This document shows positions 1 to 10,948 of a DNA stretch of 24,720 bases, piece after piece (within the stretch, counting starts at the first letter, position 1; every line of letters begins with the position of its first letter). This DNA comes from Emiliania huxleyi CCMP1516 (taxonomy: Eukaryota): NCBI RefSeq assembly GCF_000372725.1, contig NW_005201154.1, positions 242,843-267,562 on the forward strand, read 5' to 3'. Position numbers and translations under genes: made by a program. Below the pieces are notes generated by a model that was not told the DNA's origin, ran no database searches, and saw nothing but the letters and a program-made list of their open reading frames with translations.

Positions 1-1
1 G

Positions 2-106
2 ACGACGCTCGCGGAGCGGTGGGGCGTCAAAGAGCTCTGGGGCGACGTCAACGTGCGCAACGATGCTGCGCCCGAGCCTGACGACTCAGCCGAGCTTGTG
101 GACTGA
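2..106 (+). CDS. 3' end of an unidentified protein-coding gene (partial)
   Basis: Open frame from the window edge, TTLAERWGVKELWGDVNVRNDAAPEPDDSAELVD*, with mostly G/C third positions; TGA at 104-106 is followed by AT-richer sequence. No family recognised. Confidence 0.45.
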   Translation, partial: TTLAERWGVKELWGDVNVRNDAAPEPDDSAELVD

Positions 107-144
107 TTCTAAGTAATTTGCTTGACATGTGACGGTTGTACGTG

Positions 145-264
145 ACGCTCCAAAACGCTCCAAAACACGCTCTAGCACGGTCCAACACGCCCCAACCGCG
201 CCCCACACGCTCTATAACACGCTTTTCAACACGGTCAGGTCACGGCCCAACACGGCTCTACACG
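145..264. repeat. Degenerate ~10-12 bp tandem repeat (AACACGCTC/CACGG-like units)
   Basis: Successive units such as acgctccaaa, acacgctcta, gcacggtcca, acacgcccca, acacgctcta, acacggtca and acacggctcta. Confidence 0.6.
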
Positions 265-624
265 GGTGGTACTGCTACTGGTAGAAGAGCGTAAGTTTTA
301 GTGCAGAAAACTTACGTGTAGTCCGCAGAACTACGAGTGCCATCAAGTCTCAATGCAGGCGGCCGGCGCGGCTGCCTTGGCTACGAGCGGCGAGAGCGCT
401 ATCTCTCAGCGCAGAGCAGAGCAGCATCCCAATTCTGAGCTGCCCTGCCCGCAACTAGACCCTTGGGAAGTCGGCGCGCCGTGCTCTTTGCGGGCGGCTA
501 CTTTACGATGGTGATGATGTGGCGGCGGCGGGACAGGCTCGAGGCGACACGGATCGATACACCATTTGCGAGCATTTGCGAGCATTTGTTTCTCTCCGAG
601 TACCGAGAACCGCCGCCGTCATCA

Positions 625-758
625 CACCACGTCACATGACGGGTTCATGATTGGGGATGGCCTATTTGCTGTAGACAGATCACACACCAGTCACCACGTC
701 ACATGACGGGTTCATGATTGGGGATGGCCTATTTGCTGTACCTGTAGACAGATCACAC
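625..758. repeat. Tandem duplication of a 61-bp unit
   Basis: 625-685 and 692-758 are identical except for a 6-nt insertion (cctgta) in copy 2. Confidence 0.95.
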
Positions 759-825
759 GACCCCAAAGAGCGGGGCCTCCCTGGTCCCACCTGAACCCGC
801 ACCGCGGCCCGGTCTCACTCCCTCC

Positions 826-1440
826 TCACTTGGCAGGGACAAACGCCATGGCGCCCGCGTTCATGCAGTAGCGCTTGCCCGTCGGCTTGGGGCCGTCGTT
901 GAACACATGCCCAAGATGCGCGCCCGAGGCGGCGTCAATCACCTCCGTCCGAATCCCACCCATCATCAGAGCCCGCCGCGCGTCAGCAAGATCGCCTGGG
1001 TCGAGACGCTCAATCACGCCACCGGGCACCGGCGCGGAGAACGAGGGCCAGCCCGTGCCGCTGTCGTACTTGGTCTCAGATTCGAACAGCGCCTTGCCGG
1101 AGAGAGCACCTACCCAAGTTCCCTTCTCCTTCACGTCCCACGCGTAGCCGTTTACCGTCTTGCCCGTGAAGGAGCGCTCGGTCGCAGCGTCCAGAGAGAT
1201 GGCCCGCTGAAAGTCGGTCAGCTTCTCCGCCGCACGGAGAACCTCCTCCTTGGGCAGGGAGCCCTCGCCGGCGAAGGCAAGCGCCGGCTGCGCCGAGCAG
1301 GCTGCGGCGGCGGCAGCGGCAGCGGCGCATGCACCCTGCGAGATGACGCCGCGGCGGCCTGCCACAACGGCGGGCCTCAGACCAAAGGCCTCGGCTGGTA
1401 AAGCGGCGAGCGCGACGACGAGCGCGTTGGCGGCGAGCAT
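826..1440 (-). CDS. msrB: Methionine-R-sulfoxide reductase B, probably plastid-targeted; intronless
   Basis: SelR/MsrB motifs TERSFTG, KYDSGTGWPSF, RTEV, HLGHVFNDGP and GKRYCMN. The ATG at 1440 is preferred over 1584 because it opens a signal peptide (MLAANALVVALAALPAEAF). Confidence 0.95.
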   Translation of the reverse strand: MLAANALVVALAALPAEAFGLRPAVVAGRRGVISQGACAAAAAAAAACSAQPALAFAGEGSLPKEEVLRAAEKLTDFQRAISLDAATERSFTGKTVNGYAWDVKEKGTWVGALSGKALFESETKYDSGTGWPSFSAPVPGGVIERLDPGDLADARRALMMGGIRTEVIDAASGAHLGHVFNDGPKPTGKRYCMNAGAMAFVPAK

Positions 1441-1735
1441 AGAGATCCCGTTGCCGACAGACGCAGAAGCCTGGCGGTCGGTGCCCGTGCATAAAGAAAA
1501 TTTATGATTCATCTGCAAGAAATGCACGCCTTCCGAGCGGGGCGGGGTCCTCACTCTCCCTCTGTGTTCGTGTGCGTCGCCCATCTCTCCCTGGAGATGA
1601 CTGCTCTATTTATTTATTTATACTCCCTCGCCCAACCCTGAGCAGGACTGGCGTGCACTAAAGAATTCTGCGATTTTTTTTTCTTCTCATAACTCCCATA
1701 ACAAGCTGTGAAGTGTAACGCGCGGTTCCGCTGCG

Positions 1736-4700
1736 ATGACGGGGACCTCGTCCGTTTTGCACAGCGCGAAGGGCGGGCGCGTGGGCCTGGTCAATGTGGG
1801 GAACACGTGCTTCATGAATGCGGCACTGCAGTGCTTGAGCCACACCGACAGCCTCACCGCCTACTTCCTCCGCGGCGAGTGGATGCACGAGGTGAATGAT
1901 ACGTCGAGGGATGGATCTGGCGGAGCAGTCGTGCGCGAGTACTCTGCCCTGCTCGAGCGTCTGTGGGTGGGCGAGGCGAGCACGCACAAGCCGGCAGCCT
2001 TCAAGGCGACGCTCTCACGCTTCGCGCCTCAGTTTGAGGGGTATCGTCAGCACGATGCGCAGGCCGGCTCTACCTGCCCCGTAACCCCCGGCCGCCTCTA
2101 CCTGCCCCCACACCCTCGCCGCCGCAACGTAACCGGCGCCACCCAGCCACCGACCACCACACCCACCGCCCATAACGCACGCGCCCGTGCCCGCCTGCCG
2201 CCCACTGCCACCTACCCCACCCGCCGCAGGAGCTCGCAGTCTTCCTGCTCGACGGCCCGCAAGATCCCCCACTGGCATCCGCTGCACAGGGCACGTCTTT
2301 CTAACGTGTTCGCGACACGTCTCACAGGCCTGCACGAGGATCTCAACCGACAGCGCGCCGCGAAGCCGTATGTCGAAGACGTTGAGCTCGACCGCAAGGG
2401 CGGCGAGTGCGCCACCGTTGCCGACATGGAGGAGGCATCCGCCGAGGCGTGGGGAAAGCATCTGCTGCGAGACCGCTCCGTCATCATCGACACATTTCAG
2501 GCGCGCTGCCCACAGCCCACAGCTGCACCCCCCATGCATCGTGCGCCGCCGCACCCGCTCACGCTCCGCAACGCATCCGGCTCTAGCCCTTTGAGCTTGC
2601 CCCCGCGTGCGCCAGGGCCAACTCAAATCTGTGCTGCGCTGCTCCGTCTGCGGCGCGACGCGCACCAAGTTTGACCCGTTCATGTACCTCTCACTGCCGA
2701 TGCCGCGAGTCGGCGCCGGCGAGGTGCTGACGCTCGAGCGTTGCTTGCGCGAGTTTATGCGTGAGGAGCGGCTCGACGGCGACAACTTGTGGCGCTGCTT
2801 CTGCTGCAACGACTTCCGGCCCGCCACAAAGACGCTCTCTATCTGGAAGCTCCCCTCGCACCTCGTCGTCCACCTCAAGCGCTTTGGCGCCGTCGCCAGC
2901 GGCCCTCGCGCCACCGCGCAGCCCCGCGCTCGTGAGCGGCAGGGCTGTCGTTAGGCGGCCACGGCAATGACCGGCTGCGCAAGCGGAGCGAGCGAGTGGA
3001 GGCGTGCCGCCAAGCAGGAAATGCCCCCCCTCCCTGGACAACTCCGTCATCGTCCGCTCTCTTTCAGGTGCCCGACATCAGTCGGATCGACCTCTCGCAC
3101 CTAGTGGGCCACGCGGCGACGGCGGGGGATTTGGGGCAAGCGGAGGAGGGGCAGGCCGCCGCCCATGCGGCGGGAGGCGGCGAGCGTGGCGGGCCGGCAC
3201 AGCTGTATGAGCTGTACGCCGTCTGTAACCACGTTGGCTCGCTCTCGGGGGGGCATTACACCGCAATGGCGCGTTGTGCTTCCGACGGCCGCTGGTGCGA
3301 ACGCAAACTTCTGTGGTGAGGCTCCTGACACGTCCATGACGCGTTGATGCCACGGCTCAGGTACGAGTATAACGACTCGACGGTGCGGCCGGTGCCGCGG
3401 GGCGACGAGCGCAGCATTGTTTCAGCCGACAACTATCTGCTCTTTCTGCGGCGAGTCGAGCCGCCCAGCGACCATCTCGACGACGCCGCGCCGCAGCGTT
3501 TCGCTTTGGAGCCGCCGCCGCTCTCTGCTCCGCCGGATGACCTCGAGCGACCCGGCCGCCAGCCGGTGTGCAGTCCCGGGAACGAGCGATGCCCGCCCGA
3601 GCGGTATCGCAAGACGATGCCGTCGTTTGCCTCTTCCTTGGGCGGCTCTACCCCGGGCGTGGGCACACCCGACCCATCGCCTTCGCGCCGGACGGTGGGC
3701 TTTGCCGACCGCCGCCACGAGCGAGCGGTTCGGCCGAGTGCCCCCTTTCCCGTCTCATCTCCAGTGTGCGCGTCGCCTCGCTACTGTACGCGCCCCGCAC
3801 CTGCTGGCAGGCCGCGGATGCGGCCCGACGGACGCCCTCCAGCCGTCGCACCACTCCTGTGTGCAGCGGCGGCCGTTCCCTCCTCTACGGCACCGTCCGC
3901 AATCGACTGCTCGCGCGATCGGCCCGACTTCGCCGCTCTCCCCCCGGATGTGGCTCCGACAGGGGCCTCGAGTGGGGATTTGGCGTGCGGGCATGCACGC
4001 CCCCCCGCCGCCGACACGGCCTCACCAGTCTCTCCGCTTGAGGGAGGCGATGGCGAGGACAGCGCCACAATGCAACGGGTGGCGACAGTTGGCGCTCGGC
4101 AGGCCAGCACGTCGACGCGTCGCACACTGCGGCGCGCTCCTCTGTCGGAGGCGCGCAGCAGCTTGGCCGAGCGGCGGCGGCTGCCCGAGGGGCGCCGTTG
4201 TTGCCGCGGATCGGGGAGCTCCGCGTCGGAGCAGGGCAGCAGCCCGAGCGAGCACGTGGTGTCTGCTTGCGGGGCGGGGGAGCGGATCTCGTGCATCGCG
4301 CCTGCGGAGGAGGGTGAGGCAGAGAGGGGGCGTCCCTCTGTTACGGCGCCGTCCGCCACGCCCTCTACCACGCCCTCCACCACCGCCACGCGCCGCCGCC
4401 GCGCCGTCTCCTCAGCCGGGCCGCTCTCGCGGGGCGAGGCGCGCGCACCCGACCTGCTGTCCATCGAGGAGCGGACGGCACCCAAGCTGCCGCTACGCTC
4501 ACAGGCCCTCCCGCCACGCGCCAATAGTGGCAGGCTGTTGCCCGTGCGGTTGACTCGGCTTCAGCCGGGAGTACCGAAGCTGCGCGGCGCTCCCTCGTTC
4601 GTGCGGCGCTCGCGCGGCCGCGCGGAGGACATGGAAGGGGGCGAGGAGGGGGAGGAGGGCGGGCCGGGCGAGGCGGGAGCGGCAGCAAGCTTCCGAGCGT

Positions 4701-4750
4701 GCGCTCAGAGTGGCAGTCGGGCGAAGACCATCGAGGTGGGCGCGAGTTGA
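1736..4750 (+). CDS. Ubiquitin-specific protease (peptidase C19, USP2/8-like catalytic domain) with a long low-complexity C-terminal tail
   Basis: Cys box GLVNVGNTCFMN, QHDAQEL..FLLDGLHEDLN, FQGQLKS.LRC..C, HLKRF, His box NHVGSLSGGHYTA, WYEYND. Inferred exons 1736-2062, 2230-2254, 2328-2500, 2616-2886, 2955-3001, 3068-3294, 3361-4750 join in frame (5 GC donors, 1 GT). Confidence 0.93.
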
Positions 4751-6550
4751 GGTCGGAGGCGAGGCAGAGGAGAGCGACTGCCATCAGCTCCACATTGGGT
4801 GTGCGTCCCCACGCGTGCACCCATCCGCCGTGTGTCACACGTCAGTGCGCCACGCGCTCCGGCCTCCGAGGCGAGGCAGCCCCACGTGCCACGCGCGATG
4901 CGCAGCGGAATCCGGAAACTATCGGAGAGCTCCGAGTACCGAGAACATGCTGTGTGCTGTCACACTTGACACTTGGTTTAAAGTCTGCTCGGGACCTATA
5001 TATCACGGTCTAAGCACGCCCGATGATCGATGCGTGGGTCGCCATGGCACTCCCAGCACGCGCACACATCGCCCGGCCTCGGCCGGTGCGGCTGGGGGCC
5101 ACCACAAAGCTCCGGGGTGGGGTGGGCTCTCTTCACAGCCGAAAAAGGCCGACATTTGTCGCCAATCGACAGCCAATCGAGCTCCTTTGCTAGGCGACAG
5201 CTGTCGCGCGGCCCACCAAGGCGGGGTTGTCGCACGGCCGAGGTACGGCTGCCTCGTTCGTCCGTCACGGCCGGCCTGAGAGCGCTGGCACCGCCTCCGA
5301 AGCCGTCCACGGCGAGTGGCAGGGCCTCTGCGGTGCAGCGAAGCGTGCTGAATTCAGCCGTTCGAGCATCGCTGGAGTGAGGCGTTCTCTTCTTGCCGGT
5401 TATCTTCTTGGCGGCGTGCCGCGTGCATACTACGTGACGGTGTAGGCGCGTGGGCTCGCCTAAAAGGCTCGCACCTGTCGGAATTGTGGCGCGAGCTCTT
5501 CCGCCTCTGCTCCAGAGGGTACAGCGACCCAATGGATCCAGTCCAGCGATCTCAGTTCGTCTGTTGAGGGCGCTCCTCCGCTCCCACCGTTGCACTAGGT
5601 AGTGCTGCCGTGTACTGGCGCCAGCGAGCTCCATTCAGATCCCGCACGCGCGATCGGCAGTCGAGTTACAACCCGCAGCTGTGCAGTGCGTGCGCACCAC
5701 GAACCGTTGTTCGGCGATATCTCGGCTCCCGCCCCTCGACTCGCGCTCGGACGCGAGGTGCGTGCTCGCCTGCCCCCCCGGGAGGGGACACGGCCTTTTT
5801 GAGCGAGATCGGGGAAATCACCCTCATCGCCCACCACTCACGCCTCCCTCCCTCTCCCGCTGCCGCCGTATCCGGTCCTAGCCTGCGATACATTGAGACC
5901 TCACGCCCCGCGACTGTCTCCCACGCTCGCAGGCGGGCCTATCCGCCGTGCCACTCCATGCATGATCATCGCTGGGGGCAGCGGTGCTCGTGCGACTGCG
6001 GATTCGGCCTCACCTCACGCCCTCTGGCCTGCAGCTGCACGTCGCACGGCGCCGTGCTCGAGCCCCCCGGCGGATTGGGACGATCCTTGGCGGTGTGTCA
6101 TTGCTGGGAGTGGCAAGCTCGGTCCGGCGCCAGTGAACACGCGTTTGGGCGACGCGAGTGCCAGAGAGGAATCGGCCGTCTGCTTCCCTGTGGTGGGACG
6201 CGGGGTATGCAGAGATTTCATGGTGAGAAAGTGCTCGGAAGAGGTCATACGGGGTGGTCCCGCACTCCTCAGCGTAGGTACTGACATCCCTGAGCGCGCG
6301 GGAGCGCGCGGGCGATTTTGTATTTAATGACGTGACTTTAAAAACCAAGTGCGCTGTGGGTCGCCGCTGTCCGCTGTCGCGCGAGGCTCGAAGCTTCTTT
6401 AGAAAGCGTACGTCCTTTTTGCTCTGCAGAAAACTTGTATTGAACAGCCCCATGTTTGAGTATATCAGAATCAGTAAAAGCGGTATGTTTCATCGCGCAC
6501 GCATGCCTGTAGTCGCATTCGGTTTGTGGCCGATGACGAGAGCTCCGCTC

Positions 6551-7308
6551 CTACAAGGGCGTCTCTGCTCGCAGCTCGGGCAGCGCCACCTCTGCGACAG
6601 CGTGCGCCTCCCACAACGCGCTCGACACCTACACTCGCAAAGCTCTGTCACGACATTGTGCGCCCTCCACCGAGGGAGGGAGAGAGGAGGGTGGGCCACC
6701 TCCACCGGCATCCCTGCCCTCCGCGCGAGCGCCACCGCCTCGCCCGCGCCGTCGAGGGGAAGGATTCGCGTTCGGCCGCTCCCCTCGCGGCAATACAGCC
6801 TCGCCTCGGGAGGCAGCAGCGCCACGCCCGACGGCGCGGCCGGCGTGTTCGCCTTCATGTCTCTATATCGCACTGCGCCTGCGCCGCCGGGGCGCGCCAG
6901 CGCAACCTGCTTCGGCTCGAGCCCCGCCTCGGCCAGCGAGCGCAGCATGACTGCGGAGAGGTCCTCGCCCGCGAGAGGGTCGGCGGCGGCGCAACGGGCG
7001 GCGGAGAAGAAGCTTCCCTTCCGCAAGACGAGCGAAGCTCGCAGGGCCGCGGTACCGAAAAAGCCGCCGCCGCCGCCCGCTCCAACCGCGCTGCCTCGCT
7101 CCAATTCCTGCTCGAGCCGCTGTCCGTCGTCCCAGTCCAGCGAGAGTGGGAGCAGCGATCCGCCGGGCTCAGGCGTGGCGCAAATCAGGAGGTGCTCGGC
7201 GCCATAGCGTGGCTGTTCCAGCCGTCCAATCCGAAGCGGGACGACCTCAAACGTGGAGCTGTACTGGTCGGTGGCTTGCGGGTTGAGCCAGGATGAGGCG
7301 AGCAGCAT
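6551..7308 (-). CDS. Divergent bifunctional-nuclease (DUF151/BFN)-like protein
   Basis: Exons 7308-6700 and 6628-6551 (GT-AG intron 6629-6699). The C-terminus LPLDGAGEAVALARRAGMPVEVSSALWE resembles the DUF151 D-x-RPSDAIALA-x-R-xxx-PI-x-V pattern. Assigned by eye; start codon uncertain. Confidence 0.55.
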
Positions 7309-7461
7309 GGTAGAGATCGAGCCAGCGCGCTGTGCGACAGGGATCGGGCTCCTGCAATCGCGGGAAAGATCTCCTGGCCTCGACGTGCAAGATTCGCGAA
7401 TTGCGGGGCCCAGGGGCCACCGGAGGCACTCGGCGTGTTGACAAAAAGAATTCTTGGACCC

Positions 7462-7527
7462 GCCTCTCTCACAGCACACTGGCACGACAAGGGCGCGGAC
7501 TGGCGCGGACTGGCACACACACCGGCT
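7462..7527. repeat. Dispersed 66-bp intergenic element, copy identical to 13858-13923
   Basis: gcctctctcacagcacactggcacgacaagggcgcggactggcgcggactggcacacacaccggct occurs identically at both sites; degenerate copies at about 1622-1659, 10721-10764 and 17051-17091. Confidence 0.95.
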
Positions 7528-7919
7528 GACAAAAAGAAAGAGAGAATGAAAGAGACAACCCAAGGGAGGGATGGGAGGACGGCACGCCGCCACCACACAG
7601 GGATTTTAAGGAGAGGTGTGTGGTGCGCTAGCCGTCGCCCACCCTAGGGAGTCTGCCTCTTCCTATCAACACCCCGACCGGCGACGACGGAATCTACTCC
7701 GTGCCGGCGGCCCCGTCGGTGGCGGCGCCGATCGGATCGCGTCGCGCCGGCGGGGGTGGTGACTGAGCGGGCAATTGCTCCGCTGGCCGGCGCGGGGTCG
7801 CGCCAGCGGGGAACAGGTAAGTAAGGCGGCATCGACGCTGAACGGTCACGAAACCCACCTCACCACACTGAAAGACCCACCGGCCAGTTGACGACACACT
7901 CCCAGACGCCCGCCGGTGA

Positions 7920-8402
7920 AGCCGGGAGGATGTATGGAGGAATGGTAATGACCTCTCCGTCATCACTGGCCCGGAGCACAGGTTAGACGTTGGCGTCAAC
8001 GGAAAGGGCGACGCGGCGGCGCGCAGCCAGCCACATGGCATCGTCGGCCAGTCCTTTGCCTCTAGCGCGGTGAGGAACGGCAAGGTCGGCGCCCCCACCT
8101 TTCCTCTCCCCTCGCCACACCGCGCACCCCCTTCATGCCTCCTGCGCCAGGTGGATGTCTACCCCGACTCGGGCGAGTTCACGACCAGTGCGATGGCGGA
8201 GGGCGCCATTGACGGCTCGGCCAGCGACTACGAGGTCGCCTCAATGTTTGCCACCGACTTTGCCTTTTCGCGCTTCAATGCGGCCGAGAGGAGCCGGACA
8301 GTGGCGTCGTCGAGCACTGCATCCAAAATCAACAAGATCATTGACTCGATGCGTAAACGCGGCTCGATCGCTAGAAAGGCGACGGCGTCAGATGGCCGAT
8401 AG
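7920..8402 (+). pseudogene. Apparently 5'-truncated coding fragment with a root-cap/extracellular-like C-terminal domain
   Basis: Frame reads ITGPEHRLDV...PHGIVGQSF...GK|VDVYPDSGEFTTSAMAEGAIDG..SDYEVASMFATDFAFSRF across a clean GT-AG intron (8085-8150). An in-frame TGA lies at 7917-7919 and I found no convincing upstream exon. Confidence 0.5.
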
Positions 8403-8488
8403 CCGCTCCTCGTAGGGGTGAGCTGGGATCAGCACATGCATGTGGGGCGTTGGCGAGTGAAGGTGGTGGAATTCGACGTAAAAAAGAA

Positions 8489-9534
8489 ATGAGTGTGGGA
8501 CTGCCCAGCGGTATGCCTCGCACCCGATCGAAGAAGCGCGCTCCTGCGTCCTCTTCATCCGGCGGTGCGTCGGGCAGCCTCTGCGAACGGTCGCCGGCTG
8601 CGCTACGGCTGATCTCCGAGTGCCTCGACAGCGACGACCTGCTGCTTCACGTGCTCGGCCTCCTGCCGCTGGCGGGCCTCGGCCGTGCGGCGTGCGTCTC
8701 GTCCCGCTGGGCGAGGCTCGCTGCGAGCAACTCGCTCTGGGCGTCTCTTGCGGAGCGAGTGTGGGAGGGCCGGCACGTCTCCGAGGCTTGCCGCGCGCAG
8801 CGGCGGCAGCACGGCAGGAGCGCACTCCGCCGCTCGCTCGCCGAGTCGGAGGCGCGGCACATTGACCCGTCGCTGCTGTGCGAGCTGACGTGGCACTTTC
8901 GCTTCAAGCGCGCCGCTGGGGAGCACTGGACAGGGAGCGACCCGTACTGGCAGGGCGCCCGCGCGCGCACGCTCCGCTTTGAGCCCGACGGCGCCGCGCC
9001 CGCTCAGAGGGGAGGGAGACGCGGGAGACACGCCCACGACATGTCCGCGGCATGCCCTGCAGGCGCTGTCCGCTGGGAGGAGGAGGCGTGGGACGGGCTG
9101 ATGCGGTGGCGGCTGGAGGGCGGCTCGCTGCTGCGGGTGTCACACGCTCAGCTTGGCGCCTTCCCCGCCGAGCGGCTGGTGCGGCATCCGCCGAGCTGGG
9201 GGTGCGCTCCCAGACGCGGGGGATTCGGACGAGATCTAGCACGCTCGAGACTCCCTCGTCAGCATTCGTGTGCACGCGATGCTCCGACCCCGCTGGTCCC
9301 GTGCTCACGCCCATGACACCACAACACAGGTACCTCTTCACCTCTCCGTGGGCAGTCTACGCTTCCTTCCCGCTCTCGCGCGCCGCCGACGACGCCTCGC
9401 TGACCGACCGCGCCCTCGGCCGCAGCGTCGAGCCGTGGCAATGGGCGGAGGCGGCGCGGTACAACGAAGCGGCCGCCGGGGAGAGCAGCAGCGACGAGGA
9501 GGACGCGCCGCCGCCTTTCCCCGCCGGCGTGTGA
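8489..9534 (+). CDS. F-box protein
   Basis: F-box pattern LDSDDLLLHVLGLLPLAGLGRAACVSSRWARLAASNSLW. Exons 8489-9201 and 9330-9534 (GT-AG) give RHPPSWGYLFTSPWAVYASFP. Trp-rich C-terminal domain (WHFRFKRAAGEHW...DPYW). Confidence 0.85.
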
Positions 9535-10948
9535 AGCCTGTGTGCGGAACTGTGCAGGGCGAGGCGAGACGGCAACTCAGGTCTGTTATCTGTAATCTGA
9601 TGAGAGTTCTCTCTGTGTGTAGCCGTAGAGTCTCGTATAGAGAAGTGTACTGTAACGACCGCCTCAGCGGCGTCGGCCCCCGCCACACCGATTACCGTGA
9701 GACTAGTTGCAAAAAGTCTTTGGTGCAAAACCCGCCAGGAACTACCAAAATCGCTGTCACGGCCAGCTCGGCACTATCTACTCAAAAAAAGTGACGTAGA
9801 GCACCCACTTTTTAAGCGTTCGCCGCATACACAAGGTCCGCCTGCGTGCGGCGCCAGCTTCTCAGGGCCGTAGCGCGAAAAACGACGGAGGAGATGCATC
9901 CTAGCTGTCGCCGCCGAAGGCGACTCGACGCCGCTGAGATCGGAGATCAAGCTCTGACAGGTCACACGTCGCTCCTTTGACGCCGACGTGACTCACCCGT
10001 GCAGAGCGCATCAGGACACGGTCTCGACGCGCTCGGTACGACGCCTGCGACCCGTCTCGGGTCAGGTGGCACGACGCTCATCGCGCCTGCCAGCGCTGCC
10101 GTGCAGGTTGCCACGACAAGGTTGAGCACGCTTCTATACGCTCGCCCAGCCTTCCTTTCCATCCCATTAGGCAGCCTGGGAACGGTGGCGGTCAGAGGCA
10201 AAGCCTGCGAGGGGTGGTGGAACCACATGTCACGGCCACCGCCGGCTCGACGCGACGATAGCCTCCGGAGGCTGACTTTGAGGCACCATCATCGGACGAT
10301 GTCGACGAGTTGGGTCGCTCTCGCGGTATCCAGGTAGCCCCCCATACTAGTATCACCAGCCATGGCCTCAGGGAGCGCGGGCGAGGGCGCTGGGAGCAAC
10401 ACGGACAAAAAAACATCAAAAGTGGTCATTGTGACACCACCCGTATTTGCAACTAGTCGTGACCGCACACCCCCAGCAGAAGAGAGAGGGCCCAAAGCCA
10501 AAAACCGCAAACGACGCAGTGCTGGCCCCAGTGTGTACGGCTACGGGACGCGCAGCTACCCCCTTCTCGCCCGTCAGCTAGCTCAAAAACCCCAACGGCC
10601 CAAGAAGTGTATGCTACAGCTACGGCTCCCGCGCCTCGATCTTCGTGGGCGGCGGAGGCGAGGCGGCGCGCTGCGCGGGCGGTGGGGTGGACATCGCGAG
10701 GAAAAGAATTTTACAACAAAACTCCCTCGCACAACACTGGGCACGGGACTGGCGCGCACTGGCAGGAAAAGAAACGCGACCTTCTCGGCGACATCCCCCC
10801 CCCGGCTTACTGGGCATACCGAATCGCACTCACTCAAACACGATGCTCGGTCGGTTCCAATACTACTCGTACGGGGGCAAACCGTAAGCCCACACGTGCA
10901 CCTCACCGTCAGCTCCACTCACCACATCCTCTGCGCACCTTGCTCAGA

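Noticed and set aside
625..825. SECIS element / selenoprotein MsrB
   Set aside because: The catalytic residue is TGC (Cys) and there is no in-frame TGA, so no Sec recoding is needed.
1441..1584. 48-aa N-terminal extension of the MsrB ORF
   Set aside because: It runs into AT-richer sequence between the divergent genes, and the signal peptide begins at the Met at 1440.
4751..6480. ORFs 4996-5634, 5030-5380, 5610-6284, 5893-6327 and others
   Set aside because: No recognisable motifs or consistent splice model; such ORFs are expected in GC-rich DNA. A decayed gene cannot be excluded.
6332..7296. Long plus-strand ORFs opposite the DUF151-like gene (likewise 3781-4524, 10362-11240, 19262-20038)
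   Set aside because: Antisense shadow frames of GC-rich coding sequence.
9540..10700. Short ORFs such as 9962-10228 and 10289-10510
   Set aside because: No family motif; frames are interrupted and could not be joined convincingly.
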